In this document: positions 37,813 to 51,231 of the stretch, piece by piece
Numbering within the stretch: the stretch's first letter is position 1
How the letters are laid out: the number at the start of each line of letters is the position of its first letter
Source: Octopus vulgaris
Lineage: Eukaryota
Reading direction: 5' to 3'
DNA: 64,000 nt
Assembly: GCA_951406725.2 (NCBI GenBank)
Contig: OX597814.1
Span: 208,692,001-208,756,000, forward strand
Position numbers and translations under genes: made by a program
The notes under the pieces: generated by a model
What the model was told of the DNA's origin: nothing
The model's database searches: none
What the model saw: the letters and a program-made list of their open reading frames with translations, nothing else

Positions 37813-38933
37813 ATATATGTATGTATATATCTTAGTGAAATTTGAGATATACCGGTAAATCATTAAAATTACCTATTCACTGCACTTACCATTCTATCAG
37901 AGGTTTTCTTTAGTGGGTAATCAGCAACATTAACCTTTTAATTCTTTTTTTTTTTATTATTTTTGTTCAAGATAAAGGGAATTCTTCCTTTTCACAAGCT
38001 AACGATGGTGCACTTCAGAGTCATTCATAGAACCATACAACCATGGCAAAGGGACTGTGCCTCTGTAGATTATACTCAGACACACAATTTGAAATGCTTA
38101 ATGCAGTAATATTTGAATTATGAAACTGTGTTTGATCCAACATGAATCAGTTTTTTTAATAAACTCTGATTAAAACTGAACAAAATTCAAAGCCATTTAA
38201 TTAATTTGGTACCTGTGCTATGCTGTCAGGGATCTGGTATATATTTCAAGAGTATAACAATTGTTTTTTTGACTCTCATAACTGGATGCTTGGGAATGGA
38301 AAACAGGATTACAAAAATGAGGTGGTATAGATTCTAAATGAATGTGCTTTGCCATCAATCTTGTGATCCCAAAATGGAAAAACAATTGTACGGATAATAA
38401 CAGTTTTACACACACACATTTAACAAGTTTCAATAGTAGAGTATAAATGTATTACAGGAAGAAACGAACCAATGAAAGTTGTAACCCTTTTCAGTTACAT
38501 TCCATACAATTAGTACTAGACACTTTATTGCTGATATCAACCTCAAAGTTTTTCTCACATTATATACTTTGTTTTCAGGAATAAACTCTTTCAATGTCTA
38601 TGAGGGAATTTCAAGTACAATGAAAACTAAAAGTACAAGACAAATATATTGTAACTAAACACACATTAAACATCTATATTTTCCCTAAAATAGCAATACA
38701 GCAAAGCCACTCAATGTAAATAAGAACATGTGCTAAAATACCTCTTCTATCAACCAAATAATTCTCTGTCTTTCTTACTCCAAACCAGAAAATATATTCT
38801 ACCTATGACAATCTTCATAAAATCCTTCACACAAATTCCATAAGAAAGGAAGTGGTAATGAGAGAGAGAGAGAGGAAATCAAGAGGAGTGAGGAGCTCAG
38901 AAAATCGTGACCAGCCCAGTTGAAGGTAATGCG

Positions 38934-38990
<57 letters not shown>

Positions 38991-39054
38991 GGTCATTACA
39001 TATTTTCCTTTATTGTAGTAAATTTGACTTACAACTGTTTCCGGTAGTCATTGA

Positions 39055-39276
39055 ACTGGCAGAAACATTAGCACGCCTGGCGAAATGCTTTGTGGCATTT
39101 CGTCTGCCGCTATGTTCTGGGTTCAAATTCCGCCGAGGTCAACTTTGCCTTTCATCCTTTCGGGGTCGATTAAATAAGTACCAGCTACGTACTGGGGTCG
39201 ATATAATCGACTTTATCCCTTTGTCTGTCCTTGTTTGTCCCCTCTGTGTTTAGCCCCTTGTGGGTAGTAAAGAAAT
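39055..39276 (+). mobile_element. SINE family B, slightly 5'-truncated
   Basis: Family B body; short duplication ATTGAA. Confidence 0.85.
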
Positions 39277-39419
39277 ATTGAAAGGTTTACTCAATGAGCA
39301 CATTGATCAGTTGAGAAAAATTAAACCTAGAAAATTAATGCTACTTTCACCAGTTATTTCTAGTTATAACCAAGCAAAACACACAAGGAATGGTACAAGT
39401 ATGGGGAGAGAAGTGAAGA

Positions 39420-39752
39420 GAAGTGGTAGCTGTGCAGCTTGCTTCCCAACAACATGGTTCTGGGTTCAGTTCCACTGCATGGCACTTTGGGAAAGTGCCT
39501 TCTACTATAGCCTCAAACCAACCAAAGTCTTGAGTGGATTTGGTAGACAGAAACTGAAAGAAGCCCATTGTATATGTGTGTGTGTGTTTGTACTACCTCC
39601 ATCATTTGACAATTGATGCTAGTGTGTTTACGTCCTTGTTACTTAGTGGTTTGGCAAAAAAGACTGAGAATAAGTACTAGGCTTACAAAGAATAAGTCCC
39701 TTTAAGGCAGTGCTCTAGCATGGCCACCATCAAATAACTGAAACAAGTAAGT
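39420..39752 (+). mobile_element. SINE family A, older copy
   Basis: Diverged but colinear with family A. Confidence 0.78.
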
Positions 39753-40140
39753 ATCATCATCATCATCGTTTAACGTCCGTTTTCCATGCTAGCATGGGTT
39801 GGACAGTTCAACTGGGGTCTGGGAAGCCAGAAGGCTGTGCCAGGCCCAGTCTGATCTGGCAATGTTTCTATAGCTGGATGCCCTTCCTAACGCCAACCAC
39901 TCCAAGAGTGTAGTGGGTGCTTATTATGTGCCACCTGCACAGGTGCCAGACAAAGCTGGCAAACGGCCACGATCAGATGGTGCTTTTTACGTGCCACCGG
40001 CACGGGGGCCAGACGAGACTGGCAACGGCCACAATCGGATGGTGCTTTTTACGTGTCACCGGCACAGAGGCCAGTCGGGGCGGCGCTGGCAACAGCCACG
40101 TTCGGATGGCTCTCTTACGTGCCACCGGCACTGGTATCTC
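39753..40140 (-). mobile_element. RTE LINE 3' end
   Basis: Four internal units; abuts the SINE A tail. Confidence 0.85.
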
Positions 40141-40859
40141 AGGTTCCCTCAACCACTTGGGTGAACGAAGGATATTTTGACTGAGCAGCCTGGTTTAAGT
40201 GTGGCTCAGGGTTAGTTCTCAACTCTTTCCAAAGTATTAAAGTAGATCGATAACGTACTGCCTCTGAATAGGATCTGTTAATGGTAGTTTTACACATGAG
40301 TGGGTGGCTTAACTTGGCACTGCATGCCAACAAAATACTTATTGCACTAATCAAGATGTCATCTTAGAATGGCTTTGGTTTTATGAGAGATCAGTGTCCC
40401 AGTCATGAAAAAAATTACATATACAGCCCACCTATTAACCTCTACATATTGTATGGTTCTCTATAAATTCAGAGGGTAGCTATTTTCACTTGACCACTGA
40501 AAATAAAATGAAAGAAAAAAAACTAAACAAAAAAACTAGCATGCTCACAGATAGACATCTATATATATGCAATCAGAGAGATATATAAGAATGTAAATCT
40601 TTCTATACCGGTCAGAGCAGAGGCACCAGCTGGAAATACTGAGAAAGCAAGCAGTAGGGATTTTCAGAAATGACATAGGTGAAAAGTTTAGGCTTATCTT
40701 TGAAAGCCAGAGTTGATATTCAAACTGACACAAACAATCAGATCAAAAAAGCAACTGGCATCTTAAATAAATATCAGGGGAATAAATACATTGTAAAACA
40801 AAGAAAACAGGGACTAAATGAATAGGTGGGGGCATGTAGTTGGATTTATAACATTTTTG

Positions 40860-40893
<34 letters not shown>

Positions 40894-41445
40894 ACAAGTA
40901 ACAATAGAGATTATAGCTAAATACCTGTTTTAGTTATATGCTCTTTTGTTTAAAATTATTTTAGGACCAGACAGACTGGATTTGAGAAAGATTTGGTTGA
41001 TTTTTCTAACGCACAGAGATTCTCTCATTGGTGTAAGCTTTCTTGTCATAATGTGTCATCAGAAAGTGCTCACAGAAGAGAAAAACTGAGAAAGACATGG
41101 GAAAAAAAAAACAAAAAAACTCAGGCTCTCAGTCCTCGAGACAGTTGGACTTCAGAGAATTAGAAGATAACAAGATTATGAAATAATAGCAATATGCCAA
41201 ACTGCAAATTCCCTCATCCAACCATGTCAAAATGGAATAAAAGAATGCTACAATAATGGTGATGATAATAAGGATGAATAGATGTCTCAGAAAATATTGG
41301 GCTTCATTTAATTGACTATATTTCACACAGCAAAAATTAGTTGTCTATCTTGTCAGCGGATATGTTTTCAAGACAGTGGGAATATATGACAGCTACCGTG
41401 TACTATTTTTGATGTTTTACACTAACAATTCTGCATTTCAAGTAA

Positions 41446-41845
41446 TCTTTATATATAAAAGAGAGGTTGTGTGCTGTCTGTCTCCTACGATTTAGATTCC
41501 TAACTACTCCCACATTTTGCGGTGCAGTTTAACCAAAACCAGGTATCTTATAGTCATGATTCATATCGAGCCCTTCTGGGTATTAGCGCGCGTCTACGAT
41601 GAGTCTACGATTTAAAAAAAAATTTACCATCAATTTTTCACATTTTTAATGCATTTTTGGCATATATAAGGGAAGTAACTCTCTAAAAATTTATTATTAA
41701 ATCTCAGAACGTAAAAAGCTACAGTAACACCCCACCCCCCTTTGTGGTTAGCCATATTGAGATGGCTATTATACTTTACATCTCTAAAAATGCTTATATA
41801 GTTATTTCCCTTACAAACCCGAGCAACGCCGGGCGATACTGCTAG
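41446..41845 (+). mobile_element. Non-autonomous Helitron
   Basis: A|TCTTTATATATAAAA...CCCGAGCAACGCCGGGCGATACTGCTAG|T. Confidence 0.88.
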
Positions 41846-42506
41846 TACTAAATAATTGTAAATTACAAGGATGTTGTTTTTAATAGCTTAATCACAGGAG
41901 ACAGTAAACTGATAAGGTCATTAGAGCAAAATTCCTTGGAGTATTTGTTTCAGTGTTTATGCTCTAAGTTCAAATCCTACCATGGTCAACTTTGCTTTTC
42001 ATCTTTCGGGGGTCAATAAATAAAATACTGGAATCTATTCCTCCCACTTTCCTTCCCTTTCTTTTTTCTTCCTTCTCTCTCTCTCTCTCTCTCTCTCAAA
42101 ACCAGCTACAATGCACTGTCAAAATGGGTTGTGGCAGACCCCTCACAGTATTCCTTTCTCCAGAAATGGGGAAGGGTTAGGCAAGGGACCAAGAACAATT
42201 TCTCATAGAAAAACTGATATGCTACAAGGACCATCCAAGAACAAAGACAATGTGCAGTAAAGCATGGAATGGAAATAAAGGGAAACACGAAGAAGTTACG
42301 CAAGCCCCATCACAAGGGTGAAGATGAAGGGAGACTGAGGTACAGGTGTTAAAAACAAGGTAACATATTAACTCTCACAAAAGTGAAGGTGATACTCTAT
42401 CCTCTATTTCTTTCAGTTAGGCATTTATTTATTTCTATATAATTCTTGATTATTCATTTGTCATATTTAGTTTAAATAAAATATTTATATTTGCGGTTAT
42501 GTAATC

Positions 42507-42658
42507 ACTTTTACTTGTTTCAGTCATTTGACTGCGGCCATGCTGGAGCACCGCCTTTAGTCGAGCAAATCGACCCCGGGACTTATTCTTTGTAAGCCCA
42601 GTACTTATTCTATCATGTTTGTTTAATAAGTTTTGTGTTTTAATTATATATATATATA

Positions 42659-42713
<55 letters not shown>

Positions 42714-43043
42714 GGCGCAGGAGTGGCTGTGTGGTAAGTAGCTTGCTAACCAACCACATGGTTCCGGGTTCAGTCCCACTGCGTGGCATCTTGGGCAAGT
42801 GTCTTCTGCTATAGCCCCGGGCCGACTAATGCCTTGTGAGTGGATTTGGTAGACGGAAACTGAAAGAAGCCTGTCGTATATATGTATGTATGTATATATA
42901 TATGTGCTGGTGTGTTTACGTCCCCGTCACTTAGCGGTTCGGCAAAAGAGACCGATAGAATAAGTACTGGCTTCCCAGACCCCGACCGAACCGTCCAACC
43001 TGCGCTAGCGCGGAAAACGGACGTTAAACGATGATGATGATGA
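42507..43043. mobile_element. Rearranged SINE A / RTE-tail composite
   Basis: Inverted SINE 3' part at 42507-42615; forward SINE 5' part at 42713-42970 fused to an RTE tail ending (GAT)n. Confidence 0.75.
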
Positions 43044-43424
43044 TATATGCACACACAAACTCATTACACTATTTTAAAACTATTATTATAATAGTTACTA
43101 AAGCAAAACAAAACACATGAAAAAATTGCAACATTAGCAGAATACATGAAACAGTTATTAAAAATCAGGAAATGAATAATTTTTACTGAATTTGATCTGC
43201 AAAGATGATTTATGCTAAATTTGTTTGTCATTACGGTTAGAATGTAATATGATATGAACAGATACTAAAGCTACCTAACATCTTTTGACACAGATAGCCA
43301 ACAGATATTTGAGCAATTTGTGACTACCCCAAATACTTATTAGTATTACGAGAGCCTACTTTTGTTCCCTGAACTATAAAGGATCTAACATATCTAAATT
43401 TCACACAATGTACTCTTGGCATAC

Positions 43425-43636
43425 TCTTTTATGCTTTTACTGGTTTCGGTCATTTGACTGTGGCCATACCGGAGCATCGCCTTTAGTTGAGCAAATCGAC
43501 CCCAGGACATTTCTTGTAAGTCTAGTACTTATTCTTTCAGTCACTTTTGCCAAACAGCTAAGTTATGGGGACGTAAACACACCAGCATCGGTTGTCAAGC
43601 GATGTTGGGAGGACAGACACACACATATACATATAT

Positions 43637-43671
<35 letters not shown>

Positions 43672-43843
43672 CATATATATGACGAGCTTCTTTCAGTTGC
43701 TGTCTACCAAACCCACTCACAAGGCTTTGATCAGCCTGAGGCTATAGTAGGAGACACTTGCCCAAGGTGCCACGCAGTGGGACTGAACCTGGAATCAAGT
43801 GGTTCGTAAGCAAGCTACTTACCACACAGCCACTCCTACGCCT
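43425..43843 (-). mobile_element. SINE family A
   Basis: Full-length reverse copy. Confidence 0.87.
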
Positions 43844-44427
43844 ATAGACATTTTACATGTTGAAGACAACTACCTTATCATGAACTAATATGAAATGCAA
43901 ACAATAATGTCCCTGCCATCCAAGGTTATTAACTCTTGTAAATTGATCATTCAATCACTGACTGCATAGTGTGGAGTTTAAAATAATGCCAGAGCCGACG
44001 TGTTGTTAAGCAAGGCACATAGCTGCTTAAGCATGCCAGTTAGATTACACCTATTTCATGGTTAAGTGGTAAGCAATAAGGAAGGCATCCAACTGTAAAA
44101 ACAAGTGCTTTAACAAAAAACTCATCCTACCGATACTACACCTATACTTCTGCTACCTTCTTGACAGCAAAATGAATTAAATTCCATAAATATGACAAGA
44201 TCCAGTTGAACACAACTTTTTGATAGTCTGAGACACACAAGCATGGAAGAGTGAACATTAAAACTATGATCAAGAATGAGATACAGAGGACAGTGAGAGA
44301 AACAAGCACTGAAACACCACATAATCCATCTCAAACTTTACTATAGATATATTGTGTTGTAATCAAAGAACATAATTCTGCTTGCCTAACGAGTAGGTTT
44401 CATTTCAGCTGCACATTTAGTGTTTAA

Positions 44428-45027
44428 CCCTTTCGTTACTAACCCGGCTGAAACCGGCTCTGGCTCTGAGTACAAATGTCTTGTTTCCATAAGATTTGAA
44501 TTAAAATCTTTCACCAAACCTTAGTCATAATTTATATTCCTAACACTAGCTTAATGATAACCAAGTTTTACTAAATTCTTTGTTATATTAAAAACTAGCA
44601 GTATCGCCCGGCGTTGCTCAGGTTTGTAAGGGAAATAACTATAAAGCATTTTTAGAGAGTTATAGCCAAAAAATAGCAAAAAAAATGGGAAAAAAATTAT
44701 GGTAAATTTTTTTGAGAGTTAAAAAAGGTGGAGTTGCGTCCCCTAGACGGTCTGTGGTTTGGGTTTCTGATTCTCGACCCCATGTCGAATTTATCGATTT
44801 TTTTCAGAACTGGGGGAACTTTTCAAAATTTTCGCTGCGTTAGTTTTGAATTATGACATTGGGCTATGTGTGTGTCAAGTTTCATCAGAATCGGTTGAAA
44901 GCCGTGGTCAGAGTGAGGTACAACCTAACAGACACACAGAAAACGCACAGACAAACTGCCGTTTATATAGAGAGAGATAATTGAGAGAAAAACAGAGAAT
45001 CTCAAAATAAATACAGTAATGAAAGGG
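44428..45027. mobile_element. piggyBac-type MITE family 2 interrupted by a Helitron
   Basis: TTAA-flanked ends; body resumes after 44977. Confidence 0.88.
44595..44977 (-). mobile_element. Non-autonomous Helitron, chimeric
   Basis: Inserted between A and T of the MITE; TC/CTAG ends. Confidence 0.87.
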
Positions 45028-45331
45028 TTAACAATAAAAAGGAGTGTCCAGTTACAAAATAAACAACCTAACAATATACAAATATTCAAATTGTTCAACC
45101 GACTATTTTACTAATAACCTTCCCATTTTGCTTTACTCATCAACCATATCAAAATGCATTACTCAGTAACTTTCCTTTTTTTTTTATTTTTTTAAACATT
45201 TCTACTCCACTCACCCACATACCTGTTATCATGTATTTTCTACCCAAAAAGGTGGTAAAAGGTGATACGAAGGAAATGTGGTAAAGTGAACCAGTCAAAT
45301 AAACATGTAGGGACTTCTTTGGTTTATTTAA

Positions 45332-45779
45332 CCCTTTCATTACTGTATTTATTTTGAGATGTTCTGTGTTTCTTTCAATTACTTTAACCCTTTTGTTACC
45401 AACCCGGCCAAAACCACCTCTGGCTCTGTAGTACAAATGTCTTACTTTCATAAGTATTGAATTAAAATCTTCCATCAAACCTTAGTCACAATTTATGTTC
45501 CCAACACTATAGCTTAATGATAACTATGTTCTTTTACTAAATTCTTTGTTATATTTAAAGTAATTGAAAGAAACACAGAGCATCTCAAAATAAATACAGT
45601 AACGAAAGGGTTAAATATAACAAAAAGTTTAGCAAAATAACTTAGTTGTCATTAAGCTAGTGTTAGGAACATAAATTGTGACTAAGGTTTGGTGGAAGAC
45701 TTTAATTCAAAACTTATGAAAACAAGACACTTGTACTACAGAGTCAGAGGCGGTTTCAGCCAGGTTGGTAACGTAAAGG
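45332..45779. mobile_element. MITE family 2 with a second family-2 copy (45388-45610) nested in opposite orientation
   Basis: Inner element duplicates the internal TTAA (45384-45387 and 45611-45614). Confidence 0.9.
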
Positions 45780-46147
45780 TTAATCAGAGCTGATCTGGAA
45801 CTAGATAACTCTGACTTTCACAGTCACATTGTTACATGATAGATGAAATATAAACTGGTGAAAAACATATACTCATGTGATGTATATTATAATATTCTAT
45901 TAGAAAAACAAAAGTATATTTAAAATGAGGATCTATTGATCCCACTGAATCATAGCAAATATACAGATCTTTCGCGATCAAAGAATTCTTTTGATGTTTC
46001 CCCAGAATAAGGTGTTGTCTATGTGCCACATAAAAAGCAAGATGCTACATAAAAAACCACAAGGTGCCACATAAAAAGCTTTGGTGTAGGTACTGGCGCC
46101 ACATAAAAAGCACCCAGTACACACTGTAAAGTGTTGGTATTAGGAAA

Positions 46148-46380
46148 GGCGGCGAGGTGGCAGAAACGTTAGCGTGTCGGGCGAAATGCGTAGCCGTATT
46201 TCGTCTGTCGTTATGTTGTGAGTTCAAATTCCGCCGAGGTCGACTTTGCCTTTCATCCTTTCGGGGTCGATAAATCAAGTACCAGTTACGCACTGGGGTC
46301 GATGTAATTGACTTAATACCTATGTCTGTCCTTGTTTGTCCCCTCTATGTTTAGCCCCTTGTGGGTAATAAAGAAATAGG
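46148..46380 (+). mobile_element. SINE family B inserted in an old RTE tail
   Basis: TSD GGTATTAGGAA. Confidence 0.88.
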
Positions 46381-47529
46381 TATTAGGAAGGGCATTCAAG
46401 TGTAGAAACCAAGCCAAATGGACTATGGAACTTGGTGTGGCCCCCTGAGCTTGCCAGTTTCTATATCAAGCCGCTCAGTCTATGCCAACATGGAAAATGG
46501 ATGTTAAATGTTGACGATGATGATGTTTCCGATAACTAAGCATATGGAACTATGCAAAAGGCACCGGCAGAGGATTAGAACTCATAATCTATAACAAAAA
46601 TTGCACAACCTAACTTAACCACTCAGCCTTTTTTACTTCCAGCTACAAAATCCACTCCACTGCTTCGCTGATTTATTTCCTTCCTTTCCTATCTATTTCC
46701 TATCGAAACGCTGTACAGCAACATTAAATTCAGAGAGTGTAGGAAGCATTGATTCTCAGCCTAATATCAATAAGGCAGTAGAATTAGAGAGAAATTAATA
46801 AAATGCATCTTTAAAACCATGTCTGCTATTCATTGTTGAATTAATAGCTATGAAAACAGCTTTAAGGAAATGCCATTTCCCATAACACCAGACACAAATT
46901 GGTCTCTACCAACACTACAGAAATTTTAATTTTTGAATGTTTTGAATTTCCTAGGTACCAGAATAGCTACTGACTAATGAAGTTCTCATAAGAAAATGAA
47001 TTGTTATAGCTAAATGGACAGTTTGTTTTACGACAACATATTTCCATAGAAGTAATTTACAGCCATTCTGTATCAAGGATAGAAATAGACCATAGCGCTT
47101 TTCCTGATACGCCCAGCTCTAACCAGTTTATACAGGTTTGCTAAGCCAAACAATGTATATACTTAAGGTTTCTTCCAAGTTAGCCCCAACAATGATCAAG
47201 ACTACTAAAAAATAAAAGTTCATCGCCTAATTCACACACATACACACACACACTATTGCATATTCAACACCTGGCAAGTCTTCATAAACAACACGGTTTT
47301 TTTCTCCTTTTTTTTTTTGTCCTTTTTGTGACTCTTCTTCAGTTCAGCCATTGAGCTGTTAGTACAATTTTTCTTTTAAGAGGGTGAAAAATTTTGAGTT
47401 AAGATTCACAAGCATTTCTCGATGATTGAGCTAAAAATTAATTCTACATTCCTCAATTCACATAGCCATATGGAATAGATACCAAGCCTTTTCAGGATAA
47501 AAATTACCTATACTATACTAGATCAGCTT

Positions 47530-47710
47530 CATCATCATCGTTTAACGTCCGTTTTCCATGCTAGCACGGGTTGGACGGTTCAACCGGGGTCTGGGAAGCC
47601 AGGGGCTGCACCAGGCTCCAGTCTGATCTGGCAGAGTTTCTACAGCTGGATGCCCTTCCTAATGCCAACCAGCGAGTGTAGTGGGTGCTTACATGCCACC
47701 TGCACAGTGC
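47530..47710 (-). mobile_element. RTE 3' end
   Basis: Conserved tail block. Confidence 0.8.
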
Positions 47711-47761
<51 letters not shown>

Positions 47762-48010
47762 AAAAAGGGACATGTGAATACAGGGTCTGTCATGCCGGAG
47801 TCCAACTTTGATAGAAATAAGCATTCTTGACTGCTATTTCTATTTTTGTAGTGCAACCTGTTTTGCCTGTCCCTTTTTCTTATATACAATATATATACTG
47901 AACTTTACAGAAGTTCCTGCCGGTAATCGGCTATATTTACATACCGAATTCTACCAGTAAATAATTGGGGTTTTTTAAAAGCCTTTATAGAAATTGTTTA
48001 CTCTTATCAT

Positions 48011-48059
<49 letters not shown>

Positions 48060-48061
<2 letters not shown>

Positions 48062-48380
48062 GCTACATGGCAGTGAAACATGGGCCACAAGGAATGAAGC
48101 CAGTATGCTCTGATGGATGTGTAATGTCAGTGTGCATACTCGACAGAGTGTAAGTACCTTGAGAGAAAAGTTGGATCTAAGAAACATCAGATGTGGTGTG
48201 CAAGAGAGACAACTGCCTGATATAGCCATGTGGCGAGAATGGATGAGGATAGCTGTGTGAAAAAGTGCCACACCCTAGCGGTTGAGGGAACCTGTGGAAG
48301 AGGTAGACCCAGGAAGACCTGGGATGAGGTGGTGAAGCATGACCTTCGAACATTAGGCCTCACCGAGGCAATGACTAGTG
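48060..48380 (+). mobile_element. RTE LINE ORF C-terminal fragment, degenerate
   Basis: Frameshifted MLHGSETWA...RNEASML*WMCNVSV...LREKLDLR...HVARMDEDSCVKK...EGTCGRGRPRKTWDEVVKHDL, typical RTE post-RT region. Confidence 0.88.
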
Positions 48381-48675
48381 TCTAATTAATGCTTAAGTTA
48401 GAAATATTTAATGTTTAATTCATTTGACTACTTTATGTCAGAGGTTTGCTCAAGTAGACAAATAGAACTAACCTGCACTTCTCCAAGAAGTACAGGAAGT
48501 TTACTCACTGACCTCTCATGTTTATAAATTCAAATCTTAATACATTGTTTCCTCCCTATTCTACTGTTTAATATTTATTTTACAGCCAGATGACCTTCCT
48601 ATTAGTAAACACTACCTGTTTTTTTTAATCAAGGGAAATTTTATTCCACTGGCTGCTGAGAGTGCAGAGCAGTTC

Positions 48676-49083
48676 ATTTACTCTTTTACTCTTTTACTTG
48701 TTTCAGTCATTTGACTGCGGCCATGCTGGAGCACCGCCTTTAGTCGAGCAAATCGACCCCAGGACTTATTCTTTGTAAGCCCAGTACTTATTCTATCGGT
48801 CTCTTTTGCCAAATCGCTAAGTGACGGGGACGTAAACACACCAGCATCAGTTGTCAAGCAATGCTAGGGGGACAAACACAGACACACAAACACACATATA
48901 CATATATATACACATATATACGACAGGCTTCTTTCAGTTTCCGTCTACCAAATCCACTCACAAGGCATTGGTCGGCCCGGGGCTATAGCAGAAGACACTT
49001 GCCCAAGATGCCACGCAGTGGGACTGAACCTGGGACCATGTGGTTGGTTAGCAAGCTACTTACCACACAGCCACTCCTGCGCC
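48676..49083 (-). mobile_element. SINE family A
   Basis: Young full-length reverse copy. Confidence 0.92.
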
Positions 49084-49119
49084 TTTGTAAATGTAAATAT
49101 AATAATAATATATTTACAT

Positions 49120-51231
49120 CTGCAGGTCCCTCCAATTAGATTACTCGGTACTTCTTTATCTGACAGTCATCTTCCATTTACATCACATGCCTGTACCAAC
49201 TCATGCTTCTGGAACATTCTTCTAATTAGGCCACCTATCAGAAGATTAACTACTTCCAAGAAACCCTCAAAGCATTTGGTAATTTATTTCATAGGCATTC
49301 TTGCTGCTAACTACTTCTGTACAAACATTGAGAGTCTTTGTTCTCTGCTTCTGATCTGATCCTACTGCATCTTTGACTTGGGTAAAGCCATTTTATGTAC
49401 ATTGAACTGACTAAGAGACCTGTGCATGTCCTACATAGCAGGATATTTTCAAAGTCTCAACAAAAAAGGCGCAGGAGTGGCTGTGTGGTAAGTAGCTTGC
49501 TAACCAACCACATGGTTCTGGGTTCAACCCCACTGCGTGGCATCTTGGGCGAGTGTCTTCTGCTATAGCCCCGGGCCGACCAATGCCTTGTGAGTGGATT
49601 TGGTAGACGGAAACTGAAAGAAGCCTGTCGTATATGTGTATATATATGTATGTATGTATGTATGTGTGTGTGTATGTTTGTCCCCCTAGCATTGCTTGAC
49701 AACCGATGCTGGTGTGTGTTTACGTCCCCGTCACTTAGCAGTTCGGCAAAAGAGACCGATAGAATAAGTACTGGGCTTACAAAGAATAAGTCCCGGGGTC
49801 GATTTGCTCGACTAAAGGTGGTGCTCCAGCATGGCCGCAGTCAAATGACTGAAACAAGTAAAAGAGTAAAAGAATTATCCACGATAGCCCAGCTGCCTCT
49901 TCGACCTTCACATTCTTAATGAACAACTCAACTTGGGCCTCTTTCGATTAGTCCCACCCTCTCCCAAATATCTTCTCTCCTCACTCAGCAACTTCTCATA
50001 ATAGCATTTCCATGCCGCTCTCTTTCCAGCTTAAGGGAGGGCATATCTGCTGCTATCATTACACTTCTCTTCAACAAAATTCTGATTCATACTCATACAC
50101 TGCTTTGCACTCCAGAACTCAGGCCTCTCATCTTCATGTCATACAACATTAGCCAATCTCTTACTTTCTTCTTCTCTCCTTACTAAATATATCTGACATC
50201 TAGCTACCTGATAAGTCCTGCTTTTTATGCGTGCTAAAAGAACATTTCTGTCATTGTTAGGTTTACTTTAAGACCTCTTAATTCTAGACTTTGCTTCCAT
50301 ACAATTTCTGCACTAATTCTTTGACAGCTTCAGCTATGAGAACTAGGTCATTGGAATACAAAACTGCCATGAGCAGCCAGTCTTAAACTTCTCTCCTATA
50401 TCCTGTAGAACCAATATCTGATGGATGCTAACCAACATACAAAATTATTCACTGAACTCATCTGTACATAGCTCACACAGCATTCACTAGTCATTCACCA
50501 ACACTTAGTTTTGTTAATGACCACTAGACTTCAGAGAGTGATGTCCTGTCAAAGATCTTTTCCAAGTCAATGAATTCTAGATAGAATGGTTTACTCTTTA
50601 AGAAATTTTCCTGTAGTTGTCTCATTGGGAAGAAGAGGGTTATCTGAACACAGATCCAATCTGCATCTCATTCAACCTTGTGTTTTGCCTATTTTCTGTT
50701 GCTTTTGCAATTTGGTCCATCAGTTTGAGGCATCTGTGGTTGCCACTCTCAAATGATTCTCCTTTGCTCTTGTAGCAGTTGGTGAATATACTGCTATGGC
50801 AGTGGCTTGGAATGAGCTGTCCCTGCACTAGCTGACTGACTAAGTGACCTGTGCATGTCCTACATAGCAGGATATTTTCAGAATCTCAACAATTATCCAT
50901 GATAGCCCAGCTGCCTCTTCGACCTTCGCATTCTAAATAAACAACTCAACCTGGGCCTCTTTGGATTAGTCCCACCCTCTCCCAAATATTTTCTCTCCTC
51001 ACTCAGCAACTTCTCATAATAGCATTTCCATGCCACTCTCTTTCCAGCTTAAGGGAGGGCATATCTGCTGCTATCATTACACTTCTCTTCAACAAAACTG
51101 TGATTCATACTCATACACTGCTTTGCAATCCAGAACTCATGCCTCTCATCTTCATGTCATACAACATTAGCCAATCTCTTACTTTCTTCTTCTCTCCTTA
51201 CTAAATATATCTGACATCTCGCTACCTGATA
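49120..51231 (-). mobile_element. Old rearranged RTE reverse-transcriptase region
   Basis: ORF 50640-50828 IPSHCHSSIFTNCYKSKGESFESGNHRCLKLMDQ...LNEMQIG resembles RTE RT domain 0-1; ~390-bp internal duplication. Confidence 0.75.
49468..49872 (+). mobile_element. SINE family A
   Basis: Young full-length copy inserted in the RTE remnant. Confidence 0.92.

Noticed and set aside
44157-44187. MEFNSFCCQE followed by G|GTAGCA as ARL5 exon 1
   Set aside because: The phase fits, but there is no Gly2 or Trp, it is too short, and the donor is weak.
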